A stretch of 51,808 bases of DNA from Candidatus Firestoneibacteriota bacterium (lineage in GTDB: Bacteria; Oederibacteriota; D2-FULL-39-29; JBBTED01), in contig JBBTED010000163.1 of assembly GCA_038042445.1 (NCBI GenBank), forward strand, positions 1 through 51,808, given 5' to 3'. Shown in pieces: positions 20,910 to 29,713 of the stretch (position 1 is the first letter of the stretch; each line of letters opens with the position of its first letter). The notes under the pieces are model-generated. The model saw only the letters and a program-made list of their open reading frames with translations, made no database searches and was not told the DNA's origin. The position numbers and the translations under genes are program-made.

Positions 20910-21423
20910 TAAATATGTAAAAATTCCCACTTTTGTAAAGGGGGATAAAGGGGGATTTGTAGCCGCAGGCTTTAGCCTGCGAAAGCATAAATCCATAGGT
21001 ATTTTTTTGATAACTATTTTTCTATTTGGCTGTGCTCCCCAAAAAGATATTATTAAACAAGATGTAGTTGCCGATTTATCGGCAATCAAAGAACCAGTAT
21101 ACATCACTGCAAGAGGAGTTGGTTCTCCATCTTTTGATTTACAAAAGATTCAGGAGAGAAGAATGTCTGCTAATAGGTCGTCTATATCTGCTGCAGTGTA
21201 TCAATTGATAAGTTTTCTCAAAGGATTGAGGTTAGAGAATGGTCAGATAGTAGGTAGTGCAATGGATGCAGATACAAAGTTTAAAGAAGTAGTAGAAAAT
21301 GCTGTTAAGGAATTATACGAAGTAGTAACACAGGATTTTACTACAACTGAAACATGTAGCAGTACTATTAGATTAGACAAAAACAAACTTGAAGATAAAC
21401 TAAAGGTAAAATTCAATGAATGA
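20878..21423 (+). CDS. Lipoprotein, LPP20-like (start codon uncertain)
   Basis: Lipobox IFLFG-C (Cys at 21031) after a hydrophobic stretch; ITARGVG.P...A.R.....A..QL...LKG pattern reminiscent of LPP20. Confidence 0.7.
   Translation: MSLKNSQSSIDKYVKIPTFVKGDKGGFVAAGFSLRKHKSIGIFLITIFLFGCAPQKDIIKQDVVADLSAIKEPVYITARGVGSPSFDLQKIQERRMSANRSSISAAVYQLISFLKGLRLENGQIVGSAMDADTKFKEVVENAVKELYEVVTQDFTTTETCSSTIRLDKNKLEDKLKVKFNE
20925..20981. repeat. Adjacent CCCCCTTT-type and GTAG-type palindromes, in-frame in the lipoprotein N-terminus
   Basis: TCCCACTTTTGTAAAGGGGGATAAAGGGGGATTT (20925-20958), then GTAGCCGCAGGCTTTAGCCTGCG (20959-20981). Confidence 0.9.
21064..21085. repeat. GTAG-type palindrome variant, in-frame (VVADLSA)
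   Basis: GTAG-TTGCCGAT-TT-ATCGGCAA; near-identical copy at 23341. Confidence 0.85.
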
Positions 21424-23041
21424 GTTATTTGTCATTCCCGCGAAAGCGGGAATCCAGTATTTTAGGGATAAAATTATGAATTTAAATTGTAGTGATCGAC
21501 AGTTGTCATTGCGAGTAGTTGTAGAGGTAGTCGCAGGCTTTAGCCTGCGGTCTTTCCTTCGCAAGCTAAAGCTTGCGGCTACAATTATGATATTTATATT
21601 TGCTATTTTTAACACCTGCTATTCCTCAGAAATTCATCCGAATGCAGGCACTACAAGTGCGTCTTTTCTTAAAATAGGCATAGGTGCAAGACCTGTAGGA
21701 ATGGGTGAAGCTTTTGTTGCAGTTGCAGATGATGCTAATTCAGTATACTGGAATCCTGCAGGTTTGGCTCGTGTTAAAAAAATGGAATTTACTGCAATGC
21801 ATAACGAATGGTTTCAGGATATAAGATATGAATTTATTGCTTATGCTCATCCTTTTGAAAATGGTTCAACTGGAGCTTTCCATTTAGGAAGTTTGTATTT
21901 AAAAGGTTTGGAAAGGCGAAGCTGGTTAACAGAAGATCCTGAAGATGATCCTAGTTTAGCAGAAGATTTATTTGGCGCAGCAGATTATGAAGGGGCAATT
22001 TCTTATAGTGGTTGGTTAACAGAAAATCTAATGGGAGGAGCAAATTTAAAATTTATTTATGAAACTATAGATAAATACAATGCTTCTGGTTTTGCATTTG
22101 ATTTGGGTTTAATTTATAAAATAGCAGGAGATAATTTAACTTCAGGACTTGTTCTGCAAAATTTAGGGCCAAAATTAACATTTATCCAAAGAGGGTATAT
22201 GTTGCCTTTAACAGCAAAATTAGGATTTGCATGGAAAATTCCTCTTCTTAATTTGTTATGGGCTATAGATTTGAAACAACCAATAGATAATTATCTTCAT
22301 ATAAATTCAGGTTTGGAATACTGGTTTATGAATACAATTGCATTAAGAGTTGGATATAGATACAAATGGTTTGGAAATGACTTAGGAACATTATCAGGGT
22401 TGACATCCGGTATGGGTTTTCAGGTGAATAATTTATTTGGTACGTTAGATATGGAATTAGATTATGCTTTTGTTCCCTATGGAGATTTAGGTTTCACGCA
22501 TAGGGTTTCATTAACAGCAAGATTTGGAACTTCTGTTGAATTACCAGAGTCTGAACCAGTTAAAGGAAAAACTGCTGATGAATTAAAACAGGAAATAATA
22601 TCAGAAGTAGATTCAAAAATAGCTGTAGCTGCAGAGCTTGCTCTGCAAAATAGTGATAATATTTCTAATAATTTAAATAAAATAAATACAGACATAACTA
22701 CAATTTCAGATAATATGAAAGTAATAATGGAAAAACTTAACACTCTTGATGAAAAACAGAAGGCTCAAGTTCTTAAAGATGAAGCAAAACAGGAAATAAA
22801 TACAGAAAAGGATGAAGCGAATAAGTTGCCTGAAAATATTAATATGCCATCAGACAATATAAAGCAAGAAACAAAATATGAAACATACGAAGTGCAACAA
22901 GGTGATAACCTGCATACTATTGCAAAAAAATTCTATGGCACTTCGGCAAAGTGGAATATTGTATATGAAGCAAATAAAGATACAATGAAAACACCAGATA
23001 ACATTAAAATCGGTAATAAACTAAAAATCCCCAAAGAATGA
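21416..23041 (+). CDS. PorV/PorQ-family outer-membrane beta-barrel fused to a coiled coil and a C-terminal LysM domain (true start may be downstream, e.g. 21476)
   Basis: FLKIGIGARPVGMGEAFVAVADDANSVYWNPAGLA N-terminal motif; DYAFVPYGDLGFTHRVSL barrel end; LysM YEVQQGDNLHTIAKKFYG...NIKIGNKLKIP. Confidence 0.88.
   Translation: MNELFVIPAKAGIQYFRDKIMNLNCSDRQLSLRVVVEVVAGFSLRSFLRKLKLAATIMIFIFAIFNTCYSSEIHPNAGTTSASFLKIGIGARPVGMGEAFVAVADDANSVYWNPAGLARVKKMEFTAMHNEWFQDIRYEFIAYAHPFENGSTGAFHLGSLYLKGLERRSWLTEDPEDDPSLAEDLFGAADYEGAISYSGWLTENLMGGANLKFIYETIDKYNASGFAFDLGLIYKIAGDNLTSGLVLQNLGPKLTFIQRGYMLPLTAKLGFAWKIPLLNLLWAIDLKQPIDNYLHINSGLEYWFMNTIALRVGYRYKWFGNDLGTLSGLTSGMGFQVNNLFGTLDMELDYAFVPYGDLGFTHRVSLTARFGTSVELPESEPVKGKTADELKQEIISEVDSKIAVAAELALQNSDNISNNLNKINTDITTISDNMKVIMEKLNTLDEKQKAQVLKDEAKQEINTEKDEANKLPENINMPSDNIKQETKYETYEVQQGDNLHTIAKKFYGTSAKWNIVYEANKDTMKTPDNIKIGNKLKIPKE
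21430..21457. repeat. TGTCAT-type palindrome with ATTCCC-N8-GGGAAT core
   Basis: TGTCATTCCCGCGAAAGCGGGAATCCAG; relatives at 42659-42733 and a degenerate one at 36072. Confidence 0.88.
21527..21582. repeat. GTAG-type REP doublet in-frame before the PorV-like signal h-region
   Basis: GTAGTCGCAGGCTTTAGCCTGCG...CGCAAGCTAAAGCTTGCGGCTAC. Confidence 0.93.
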
Positions 23042-25563
23042 TACGACCAACAACTATTTTTGCTTTTATTGTAATTTTCACTTCCTTTTTGTTTTATCTT
23101 TTTACTATATCACCTACTGTTGTAGTAGGTGATAGTGGTGAGTTAATTACAGCAGTCCATTCTTTGGGTATAGCACATCCACCTGGCTATCCTGTTTTTT
23201 GTATTTTAGGAAAAATATTCACTTTTTTGCCAGTTGGAACTATTGCCTTTCGCGTTAATCTAATGAGTGCATTTTTTAGTTCAATATCTTTACTGTTTAT
23301 ATATTTGATTTTGTTGAAAATATGGGGGCACAGTAAAGTTGTAGTTGCCGATTTATCGGTAAAAAATGAATCTAATGTTAATCCTGTATTTCTTTCTGCT
23401 TCTATGGCTCTTTGTTTTGCATTCACAAACACCTTTTGGTCGCAAGCATTAATGTCAGAAGTTTATGCCTTAAATACATTTTTTTTATCCGTTTTAATTT
23501 ATATTTTAGTTCTCTGGTATGAAAAGCTGCAAAACCAGATTTCCGACAATAAATTGTTATATTTATTTTCTTTTATATATGGAGTAAGTCTTGCGAATCA
23601 TAATACTATGGTTCTATTTGGGCCTATTGCTTATGGCTGGATAATTTTGTGTACACCTGATATTTTAAAGAAGAAAAACGTGTTAATATTATTGTTGGCA
23701 CTAATTTTTCTTGGATTAACAACTTATTTTTATATGCCTATACGTGCTTTAACTTCACCTGCAATAAATTGGGGAAATCCTGATACTTTAACACGTTTCA
23801 TTGATCAAATTACACGAAGGCAATATGGAGATCTTGCTAAAGATCCAAGGGCATTGGCGTTGTTTGGAAGACAGATATTGGAATATTTAAAACTATTAAT
23901 CAAGCAAATTTCTCCATTCCTGACTATTTTTTCTGTAATAGGAATATGGTACTTTTACAAAATTAACAGAAAATATTTTGTTCTAACACTTGCACTTTTT
24001 TTAGGTTTAAGTTTGGGTTTTATACTTTTGCTCAATTTTCAGCTGACTACTGAGACTATTCTTTCAGTGGCAGAGTTTTTTACAGCATCTTATGTTATTG
24101 CTATTATATGGTTATGTTTTGGATTCAAATTTATTCTTGAAAGGCTATATCCCAAAAAACAACTTTTTTATATGACTTATGGAATTATTTTTTTAATCCC
24201 AATTCTTTCACTTAAATTGAATTACTTTGAAAATGATCTAAGCAGGAAATATATAGCTTATGACTATAATATAAGTGTTATGAAATCAATGCCTAAAAAT
24301 TCAATGCTCCTTGGTATGGGCGATAATATAATATTTCCTTTATCATATCTTCAAAAAGTTGAAAAAAACAGGCAAGATTTAAAAATTTATGATGATATAG
24401 GTTGTGTATTTGAAAATATTTATGGTGAGGATTTTTTGAAATTTCCAGAAGATTATAAGAAGCAAAAAAGAACTGAAATACAGAAACTTTTGATAAAAAA
24501 TTCACAAAATCCGGTATATTGTGTTTTAGGAAGTAATTTGTCTAATATCACAGGAATATCTTTGACTCCGGAAGGTTTAGTTTGTAAAACACTCCCAAAA
24601 AACACAATAAATTCAGACAAAGATGATATTGTCAATATGGATTTTCAATCAGGGAAAGGAAAGTTGATTGCTATACCTGTTAATCAATCTGTTAACCGTA
24701 AGAAAAATGTAGACACTAAATTTGATTGGTCAAAAATCTATATACGTGGGATAGATGATGATACAGTCTATAAGGATTATTTGAATAGAGATTTAATTGC
24801 CCAATACCATTTTTTTTATGCAGAGCATTTGTTTTTTAAAAATGATATAAAAAATGCAAAAGAGGAATACAACAAATCATTTAAAGTGGCACAGGATATA
24901 GAGTGGATAAAAAATAATATTATGGTTACATTAAATGTCAGGGGTTTGTCAGATGAAGTGGAAAAAATTGCAACTGAATCAGTAAAAATTGATTCTAATA
25001 ATGCCCAGATATATGTTAATTTAGGAATATCTTTTTATAATAAAGGTGTTTTGGATAAAGCAATTGAATCATATAAAAAAGCAATTGAAATAGATTCTAA
25101 ATGTGTTGAAGCACATTCAAATTTAGGTGTGGTTTATGAAAAGATGGGGTTAACAAATGATGCAATCAATGAATACAAAATTACAATTGAACTTGAGTCT
25201 AACCATATAATTGCACGTCATAACCTTGGGGTTTTATATAAAAAAGAAGGTAAATATATAGAAGCAATTAATGAATTTGAAAAGGTGATAAAGATTAATC
25301 CTGATTTAACTGAAGCATATATATCGCTGGGAATTTCGTATGGAAAATTAAACCAGTATGAAAATGCTATAAAGGTATTTAAAAAAATAATAGAAAAAGA
25401 TGATTCAAATGCAGAGGCACATTATAACCTTGGAGTTGCATATTACAAAATAGGAGTTCTAAAAGATGCCAAGCAAGAGTGGGAAAAAACTTTAAGTATA
25501 AATCCAAATTATCCCTTAGTAAAAGAACATTTAGCTCACATTTTCGGCAACACTAAAAATTAA
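23038..25563 (+). CDS. DUF2723/TMEM260-like multi-pass GT-C glycosyltransferase with C-terminal TPR repeats
   Basis: PTV..GDSGEL......GIAHPPGYP motif, WSQA...EVY.L, many TM helices, and about six TPRs (A..NLG..Y...G....AI..Y.K.I). ATGA overlap with the upstream gene. Confidence 0.9.
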   Translation: MIRPTTIFAFIVIFTSFLFYLFTISPTVVVGDSGELITAVHSLGIAHPPGYPVFCILGKIFTFLPVGTIAFRVNLMSAFFSSISLLFIYLILLKIWGHSKVVVADLSVKNESNVNPVFLSASMALCFAFTNTFWSQALMSEVYALNTFFLSVLIYILVLWYEKLQNQISDNKLLYLFSFIYGVSLANHNTMVLFGPIAYGWIILCTPDILKKKNVLILLLALIFLGLTTYFYMPIRALTSPAINWGNPDTLTRFIDQITRRQYGDLAKDPRALALFGRQILEYLKLLIKQISPFLTIFSVIGIWYFYKINRKYFVLTLALFLGLSLGFILLLNFQLTTETILSVAEFFTASYVIAIIWLCFGFKFILERLYPKKQLFYMTYGIIFLIPILSLKLNYFENDLSRKYIAYDYNISVMKSMPKNSMLLGMGDNIIFPLSYLQKVEKNRQDLKIYDDIGCVFENIYGEDFLKFPEDYKKQKRTEIQKLLIKNSQNPVYCVLGSNLSNITGISLTPEGLVCKTLPKNTINSDKDDIVNMDFQSGKGKLIAIPVNQSVNRKKNVDTKFDWSKIYIRGIDDDTVYKDYLNRDLIAQYHFFYAEHLFFKNDIKNAKEEYNKSFKVAQDIEWIKNNIMVTLNVRGLSDEVEKIATESVKIDSNNAQIYVNLGISFYNKGVLDKAIESYKKAIEIDSKCVEAHSNLGVVYEKMGLTNDAINEYKITIELESNHIIARHNLGVLYKKEGKYIEAINEFEKVIKINPDLTEAYISLGISYGKLNQYENAIKVFKKIIEKDDSNAEAHYNLGVAYYKIGVLKDAKQEWEKTLSINPNYPLVKEHLAHIFGNTKN
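23341..23362. repeat. GTAG-type palindrome variant in-frame in an inter-helix loop (VVADLSV)
   Basis: GTAGTTGCCGATTTATCGGTAA, 21/22 identical to 21064-21085. Confidence 0.85.
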
Positions 25564-25568
25564 ACAAA

Positions 25569-25615
25569 AATTCCCCCCCTACCCCCCTTTAGTAAAGGGG
25601 GATTAAGGGGGAATT
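25569..25615. repeat. CCCCCTTT-N3-AAAGGGGG-type palindrome, intergenic
   Basis: AATTCCCCCCCTACCCCCCTTT-AGT-AAAGGGGGATTAAGGGGGAATT. Confidence 0.9.
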
Positions 25616-25629
25616 AAAAAGAGTTTCAG

Positions 25630-26790
25630 ATGGAAAAAATTGATTTTTTAAAAGAACACCAGTTGCTTTTACAAAAAGCAAATAAAGAACAGCAATTCCT
25701 ATTGCATTGTTTGCAAGGATCTTTTCTTAATCCACAAGAAAAATTAAATTGGGAATATTTTGCCAAGCAAGTTATAGAACATAATGTTGCAGGAGTTTTA
25801 TTTAACTATTTTAGTAAAAATGAAAATATTGTGCCTATTGATGTTTTAGATACCTTCAAAAATATTTATGAAAAAAATATAATGCGTCATATTTTGTGGG
25901 CTAATGAGGCAACAAATATTACAAATGCTTTATCAGAAAATGGGATAAATACGGTTTTGCTTAAGGGAATAGGGCTTGCTGAGACTATATACCCTCATCC
26001 TGGGTTACGGTCGTTTTCTGATATTGATTTTCTTGTGCCGCAGGATAAATTGCTTAAAGTAAAAGATATATTGATTGATTTAGGGTATGATTTAATTTAT
26101 ACAGATAGTCTGAAATGGTTATTAAAAAACAATCTCGCGTTGTCTTTTATAAATAAAAAAAACAAAATTTATTTGGAAATCCATACTGATATAGTAAATA
26201 ACAAGTGGTATGCTGAATCTACAAATATTGATATGGATGCAATATGGCAAAATGTTATATCAAAAGAAATCAATGGTAAAAAAGTATTCTTACTTTCTCC
26301 AGAAGATAACATTTTGTATCTTTCGATACATCTTGCAGTTGCTCATGGGTTTCACGGTTTAATATGGTTTTATGACATAAATGAATTTATAAATTTTTAT
26401 AAGAATAAAATAAATTGGGATATTCTTTTTGAAAGAGCTGAAAAATTTAATATCGTGAAGCCGGTTTATCTTACTTTGTTGTATACAGCTATTGTTTTCC
26501 AAAATGAAATATGCATAAAGAACTTGGAACATTTTAGATCATTTAAAATATCTAGATTTGAAAATCAGTTATGGGTAGGAAACATCTTAAATAACAATAA
26601 ATATGCCCATTTCTTTTTTTGGCTAATGCCTAATTCCAGAACAGAACAATTTAAACTTTCTCTTAAAATGTTTTTTGCAAGAAGAGAACATTCAATAGTA
26701 AAATCAGGCATATATACTCTAATGCTTTCAACTAAAACTATAATAGCTTTGTTAAATAATTATTTCCCTTCGCCTAGGCGGAGGGATTAA
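25630..26790 (+). CDS. Uncharacterised nucleotidyltransferase (NTP_transf_5-like)
   Basis: LLKG..LA...YP.PGLR...DIDFLV and E.H motifs. Confidence 0.85.
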   Translation: MEKIDFLKEHQLLLQKANKEQQFLLHCLQGSFLNPQEKLNWEYFAKQVIEHNVAGVLFNYFSKNENIVPIDVLDTFKNIYEKNIMRHILWANEATNITNALSENGINTVLLKGIGLAETIYPHPGLRSFSDIDFLVPQDKLLKVKDILIDLGYDLIYTDSLKWLLKNNLALSFINKKNKIYLEIHTDIVNNKWYAESTNIDMDAIWQNVISKEINGKKVFLLSPEDNILYLSIHLAVAHGFHGLIWFYDINEFINFYKNKINWDILFERAEKFNIVKPVYLTLLYTAIVFQNEICIKNLEHFRSFKISRFENQLWVGNILNNNKYAHFFFWLMPNSRTEQFKLSLKMFFARREHSIVKSGIYTLMLSTKTIIALLNNYFPSPRRRD

Positions 26791-26891
26791 GGGGTATTTT
26801 TAAAAATATGGTACCCCCCCATTGCGTAGAGACTCATTGCAATGCGTTTCTACTTGTATGCCCACTTTATTAAAGGGGGTAGGGGGGAATT
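26764..26891. repeat. Cluster of palindromes: TCCCTTCGCC-TA-GGCGGAGGGA element containing the stop codon, a GTAG-type element (26826-26853) and a CCCCCTTT-type element (26861-26891)
   Basis: GTAGAGACTCATTGCAATGCGTTTCTAC is a near-perfect palindrome; CCCACTTTATTAAAGGGGGTAGGGGGGAATT matches 25569 and 28503. Confidence 0.85.
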
Positions 26892-26894
26892 GTT

Positions 26895-26922
26895 TTGACA
26901 AACCAACAAAATTCTGTATAAT
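26895..26922 (+). promoter_or_regulatory. Sigma70-type promoter
   Basis: TTGACA (26895-26900), 16-bp spacer, TATAAT (26917-26922); the ATG follows 10 nt later with no SD. Confidence 0.8.
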
Positions 26923-26932
26923 TATATAAACA

Positions 26933-27307
26933 ATGAATAAAATACTGGTTGTAGATGACGAAGTAGATATAGCAGAGGTTTTAGCTGCTTTTTTGATTAA
27001 AGAAGGTTATGATGTAGTTACTGCTTATGATGGTAATACTGCCTTACAGAAATTTTCAGAAGTTAATCCATCTTTAATTTTATTGGATATACAATTACCT
27101 GACATAAATGGTATAGAAGTATTAGGAAAAATTAAAGGAATAAATAAAGACATAAATGTAATTATGATAACTGCATTTAGAGATGCAGATAAAGTTGTTG
27201 AAGCATTTCGCCTTGGTGCTTATGATTGTATATTTAAACCTTTTGATTTTAACTATCTAAAAAATGCAGTTCTGGCTGTAATAGGTAAAGCAGATTTATG
27301 TAAGTAG
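26933..27307 (+). CDS. Single-domain response regulator (CheY-like receiver)
   Basis: ILVVDDE, LLDIQLP phosphoacceptor, MITA and FKPF motifs. Confidence 0.95.
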   Translation: MNKILVVDDEVDIAEVLAAFLIKEGYDVVTAYDGNTALQKFSEVNPSLILLDIQLPDINGIEVLGKIKGINKDINVIMITAFRDADKVVEAFRLGAYDCIFKPFDFNYLKNAVLAVIGKADLCK

Positions 27308-27327
27308 CGGTTGGATTACTATCCAAC
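27304..27327. repeat. GTAG-type palindrome whose TAG is the regulator's stop codon
   Basis: GTAGCG-GTTGGAT-TACT-ATCCAAC; same GTAGCGGT start as 34100. Confidence 0.7.
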
Positions 27328-27357
27328 TAAAAGAAATGGTGTAAACACAAATAAAAA

Positions 27358-28500
27358 ATGCGGATAGCAGATATTTTAAAAAACAAAAGTTCTGTGACCG
27401 ACGGGAATACTGGAAGTGCGACCAAAGAGAATGTTGTAATCACAAAACCTACTGAAGAAGTAGATAATGATAAAATGACGCGAAACGTCATTCCTGAAAC
27501 ATCTCAAAAATTCCAAATAGATAATATTATAGCCAAAAATACCACTATTCAGATTCCTAAAGAAGTAAAAGTTGAAACTGCAGATCCAATAGAAGCATAT
27601 ACATCTTTGACAAATTGGATTAAAAACATTTTGTTTAATATGACTGATTATTCTGTGTTGCATGAGGATATGATTATAGAAGTTTTAAATAAACTTGTTA
27701 AACTTAATTCAGGAAAATTACTTCTTATTGTGAATAAATCTACAACACATAATTATTTAATAGGACATTCGGCAAATGTTTGTATATTAGCACTTAAATT
27801 TGGAAGAGAATTGAATTATGATCAGGATAAATTATTGAAATTGGGAGCTGTAGCACTTTTGCATGATATTGGAATGTTTAAGATGTTAGATATTGTGAAT
27901 AAACCAGGTAAATTATCTGCTGAAGAATATACAGAAATTAAAAAACACGCTTTACTCGGGAAAAATATTGTTGAAAATATTGATATTACTGAAAATTTTA
28001 AAAAGGTGTTAATTCCTGTAGTTTTTCAGCATCATGAACGTAAAAATGGTAAAGGATATCCTTCTGGTGTGAAAGAAATATCTGAATTTGCTAAAATTAT
28101 AAGTCTTATTGATATATATGAGGCATTGACACATTATAGGCCATATAGAGAAAGACTTTTGCCGCATAATGCACTGAAATTTTTAATTGAACAGTGCAAT
28201 GAATTTGATACGGATTTGATTAAAATTTTAATCAAGGCAATGTCATTATTCCCACCAGGAAGTTTTATTAAATTAAATACAGGTGAAATTGCCAAAGTTG
28301 TATCAGTGCATTCGGAATTTCCAACACGTCCGGTTGTGGAATTATTTATGGATAGCCAAAGCAATATTCTATCTGAAAAGAAAATAATTGATTTATCTGC
28401 AACACCAATGGTACATATAAGTGAAGCTATTGATGAATTAAAATTAAAAGTTAGTAAAGAAGTAGCGTTTAAGCTAAAAAGCCAGCTGTATTGGATATAG
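27358..28500 (+). CDS. HD-GYP domain protein (putative cyclic-dinucleotide phosphodiesterase)
   Basis: HSANV, LLHDIG, HHERKNGKGYP, DIYEAL and RPYR motifs. Confidence 0.92.
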   Translation: MRIADILKNKSSVTDGNTGSATKENVVITKPTEEVDNDKMTRNVIPETSQKFQIDNIIAKNTTIQIPKEVKVETADPIEAYTSLTNWIKNILFNMTDYSVLHEDMIIEVLNKLVKLNSGKLLLIVNKSTTHNYLIGHSANVCILALKFGRELNYDQDKLLKLGAVALLHDIGMFKMLDIVNKPGKLSAEEYTEIKKHALLGKNIVENIDITENFKKVLIPVVFQHHERKNGKGYPSGVKEISEFAKIISLIDIYEALTHYRPYRERLLPHNALKFLIEQCNEFDTDLIKILIKAMSLFPPGSFIKLNTGEIAKVVSVHSEFPTRPVVELFMDSQSNILSEKKIIDLSATPMVHISEAIDELKLKVSKEVAFKLKSQLYWI

Positions 28501-28502
28501 AA

Positions 28503-28546
28503 AATTTCCATAACCCCCTTTATTAAAGGGGGATTAAGGGGGAATT
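28503..28546. repeat. CCCCCTTT-type palindrome, intergenic
   Basis: CCCCCTTT-ATT-AAAGGGGGATTAAGGGGGAATT. Confidence 0.9.
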
Positions 28547-28569
28547 ATTTTCGTAGGAGGTGGGGAAAA

Positions 28570-28746
28570 ATGCGTAAACTTGCAATAGTGGCACTAATAT
28601 TAGCATCTTTAAGTTTTGTAATAGGTGGTATTTCACGTGTTATTATAGCGGCTCCAATAGTTGTTGAATCCAGAGTGTATGCCGGGTTCACAGTTATAGC
28701 TTTGCTTTTTGCAATTGCGTTATTGTTGTTAGAACAGAAAAAATAA
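28570..28746 (+). CDS. Small two-TM membrane protein, 58 aa (not in the ORF track)
   Basis: AGGAGGTG SD at 28555-28562; MRKLAIVALILASLSFVIGGISRVIIAAPIVVESRVYAGFTVIALLFAIALLLLEQKK then TAA. Confidence 0.85.
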   Translation: MRKLAIVALILASLSFVIGGISRVIIAAPIVVESRVYAGFTVIALLFAIALLLLEQKK

Positions 28747-28778
28747 TATACTAAATTATCAGTTGCGAGTTTTTGTGG

Positions 28779-28847
28779 GTAGTCGCAAGCTTTAGCTTGC
28801 GGTATTGTTTTTTACCATTTTTTCCGCAGGCTAAAGCCTGCGACTAC
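28779..28847. repeat. GTAG-type REP doublet, intergenic
   Basis: Arms at 28779-28801 and 28825-28847; the spacer GTATTGTTTTTTACCATTTTTTC resembles that of the 18273 copy. Confidence 0.95.
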
Positions 28848-28889
28848 CTTTATGGCACAAGCTCTAAGGCGGATGTATAACAAATAATT

Positions 28890-29684
28890 ATGTACGAAGA
28901 ATACTGGAAATTAAAAGAAAAACCATTTGAGAATACTCCTGATCCAAGATTTTTATACTTATCTTCTCAGCATGAAGAGGGGTTTTCACGGCTTCTTTAT
29001 GTTATTAAAGAGAACAAGGGTGCTGGTATGCTTACAGGGTTATTTGGATGTGGCAAAACTCTTTTGGGAAGGGCTTTGCTTTCAGAATTACCTAAAGATT
29101 TGTATAAAATTGCATTTGTTACAAATCCAAGGTTGTCTGATGTAGATCTTTTACGTATGATAGTGTTTCAATTGGGAAAAGAAGAATCACTTTCAGGTAA
29201 GACAAATATTTTAGTTGCTTTAGAAAAACTGCTTAAAGATAATTTTAGAGATGGAAGAAAAACACTTGTAATAATTGATGAAGCTCATAGTATAGAAGAT
29301 TCAAATATCTTTGAAGAAATACGGCTTCTTCTTAATTTTCAGATGAATGATAAATTTTTATTAACATTGCTTTTATTAGGACAGCCGGAATTAAGAGAAA
29401 AAGTGGAATTATCAAAACAACTTGAGCAAAGAATGGCAATGAAATATCATCTTGAAGGTTTATCAAAAACAGATACGATAAATTATATAAACCATAGATT
29501 AAAAGTTGCAGGCGGAGAACATATTAATTGGACAGAAACTGCATCTATTATGATTTATGAACGTTCTGGTGGTATTCCAAGAAGGATTAATCAAATATGT
29601 GATACGGCATTATTAGTTGGATATGGTCATAAAGCTGATAAAATTGATGAAAATATAATTAAAGAAGTATTAGATACTTTATAA
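28890..29684 (+). CDS. ExeA/GspA-like AAA ATPase
   Basis: MYEEYW.L.EKPF..TPDP.F.Y N-terminus, Walker A GLFGCGKT, Walker B IIDEAH, L.GQPEL, GGIPR.IN. Confidence 0.92.
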   Translation: MYEEYWKLKEKPFENTPDPRFLYLSSQHEEGFSRLLYVIKENKGAGMLTGLFGCGKTLLGRALLSELPKDLYKIAFVTNPRLSDVDLLRMIVFQLGKEESLSGKTNILVALEKLLKDNFRDGRKTLVIIDEAHSIEDSNIFEEIRLLLNFQMNDKFLLTLLLLGQPELREKVELSKQLEQRMAMKYHLEGLSKTDTINYINHRLKVAGGEHINWTETASIMIYERSGGIPRRINQICDTALLVGYGHKADKIDENIIKEVLDTL

Positions 29685-29713
29685 TGACAAAAAAATGTGG
29701 AGGAGATATACTT

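Noticed and set aside
27487..27515. GTCATTCCTGAAACATCTCAAAAATTCCA in the HD-GYP N-terminus as a decayed TGTCAT element
   Set aside because: The head matches but the second arm is too degenerate to support; left uncounted.
29684..29713. Longer N-terminus of the HicB-like ORF
   Set aside because: This segment contains the GGAGGAG SD positioned for the ATG at 29714.
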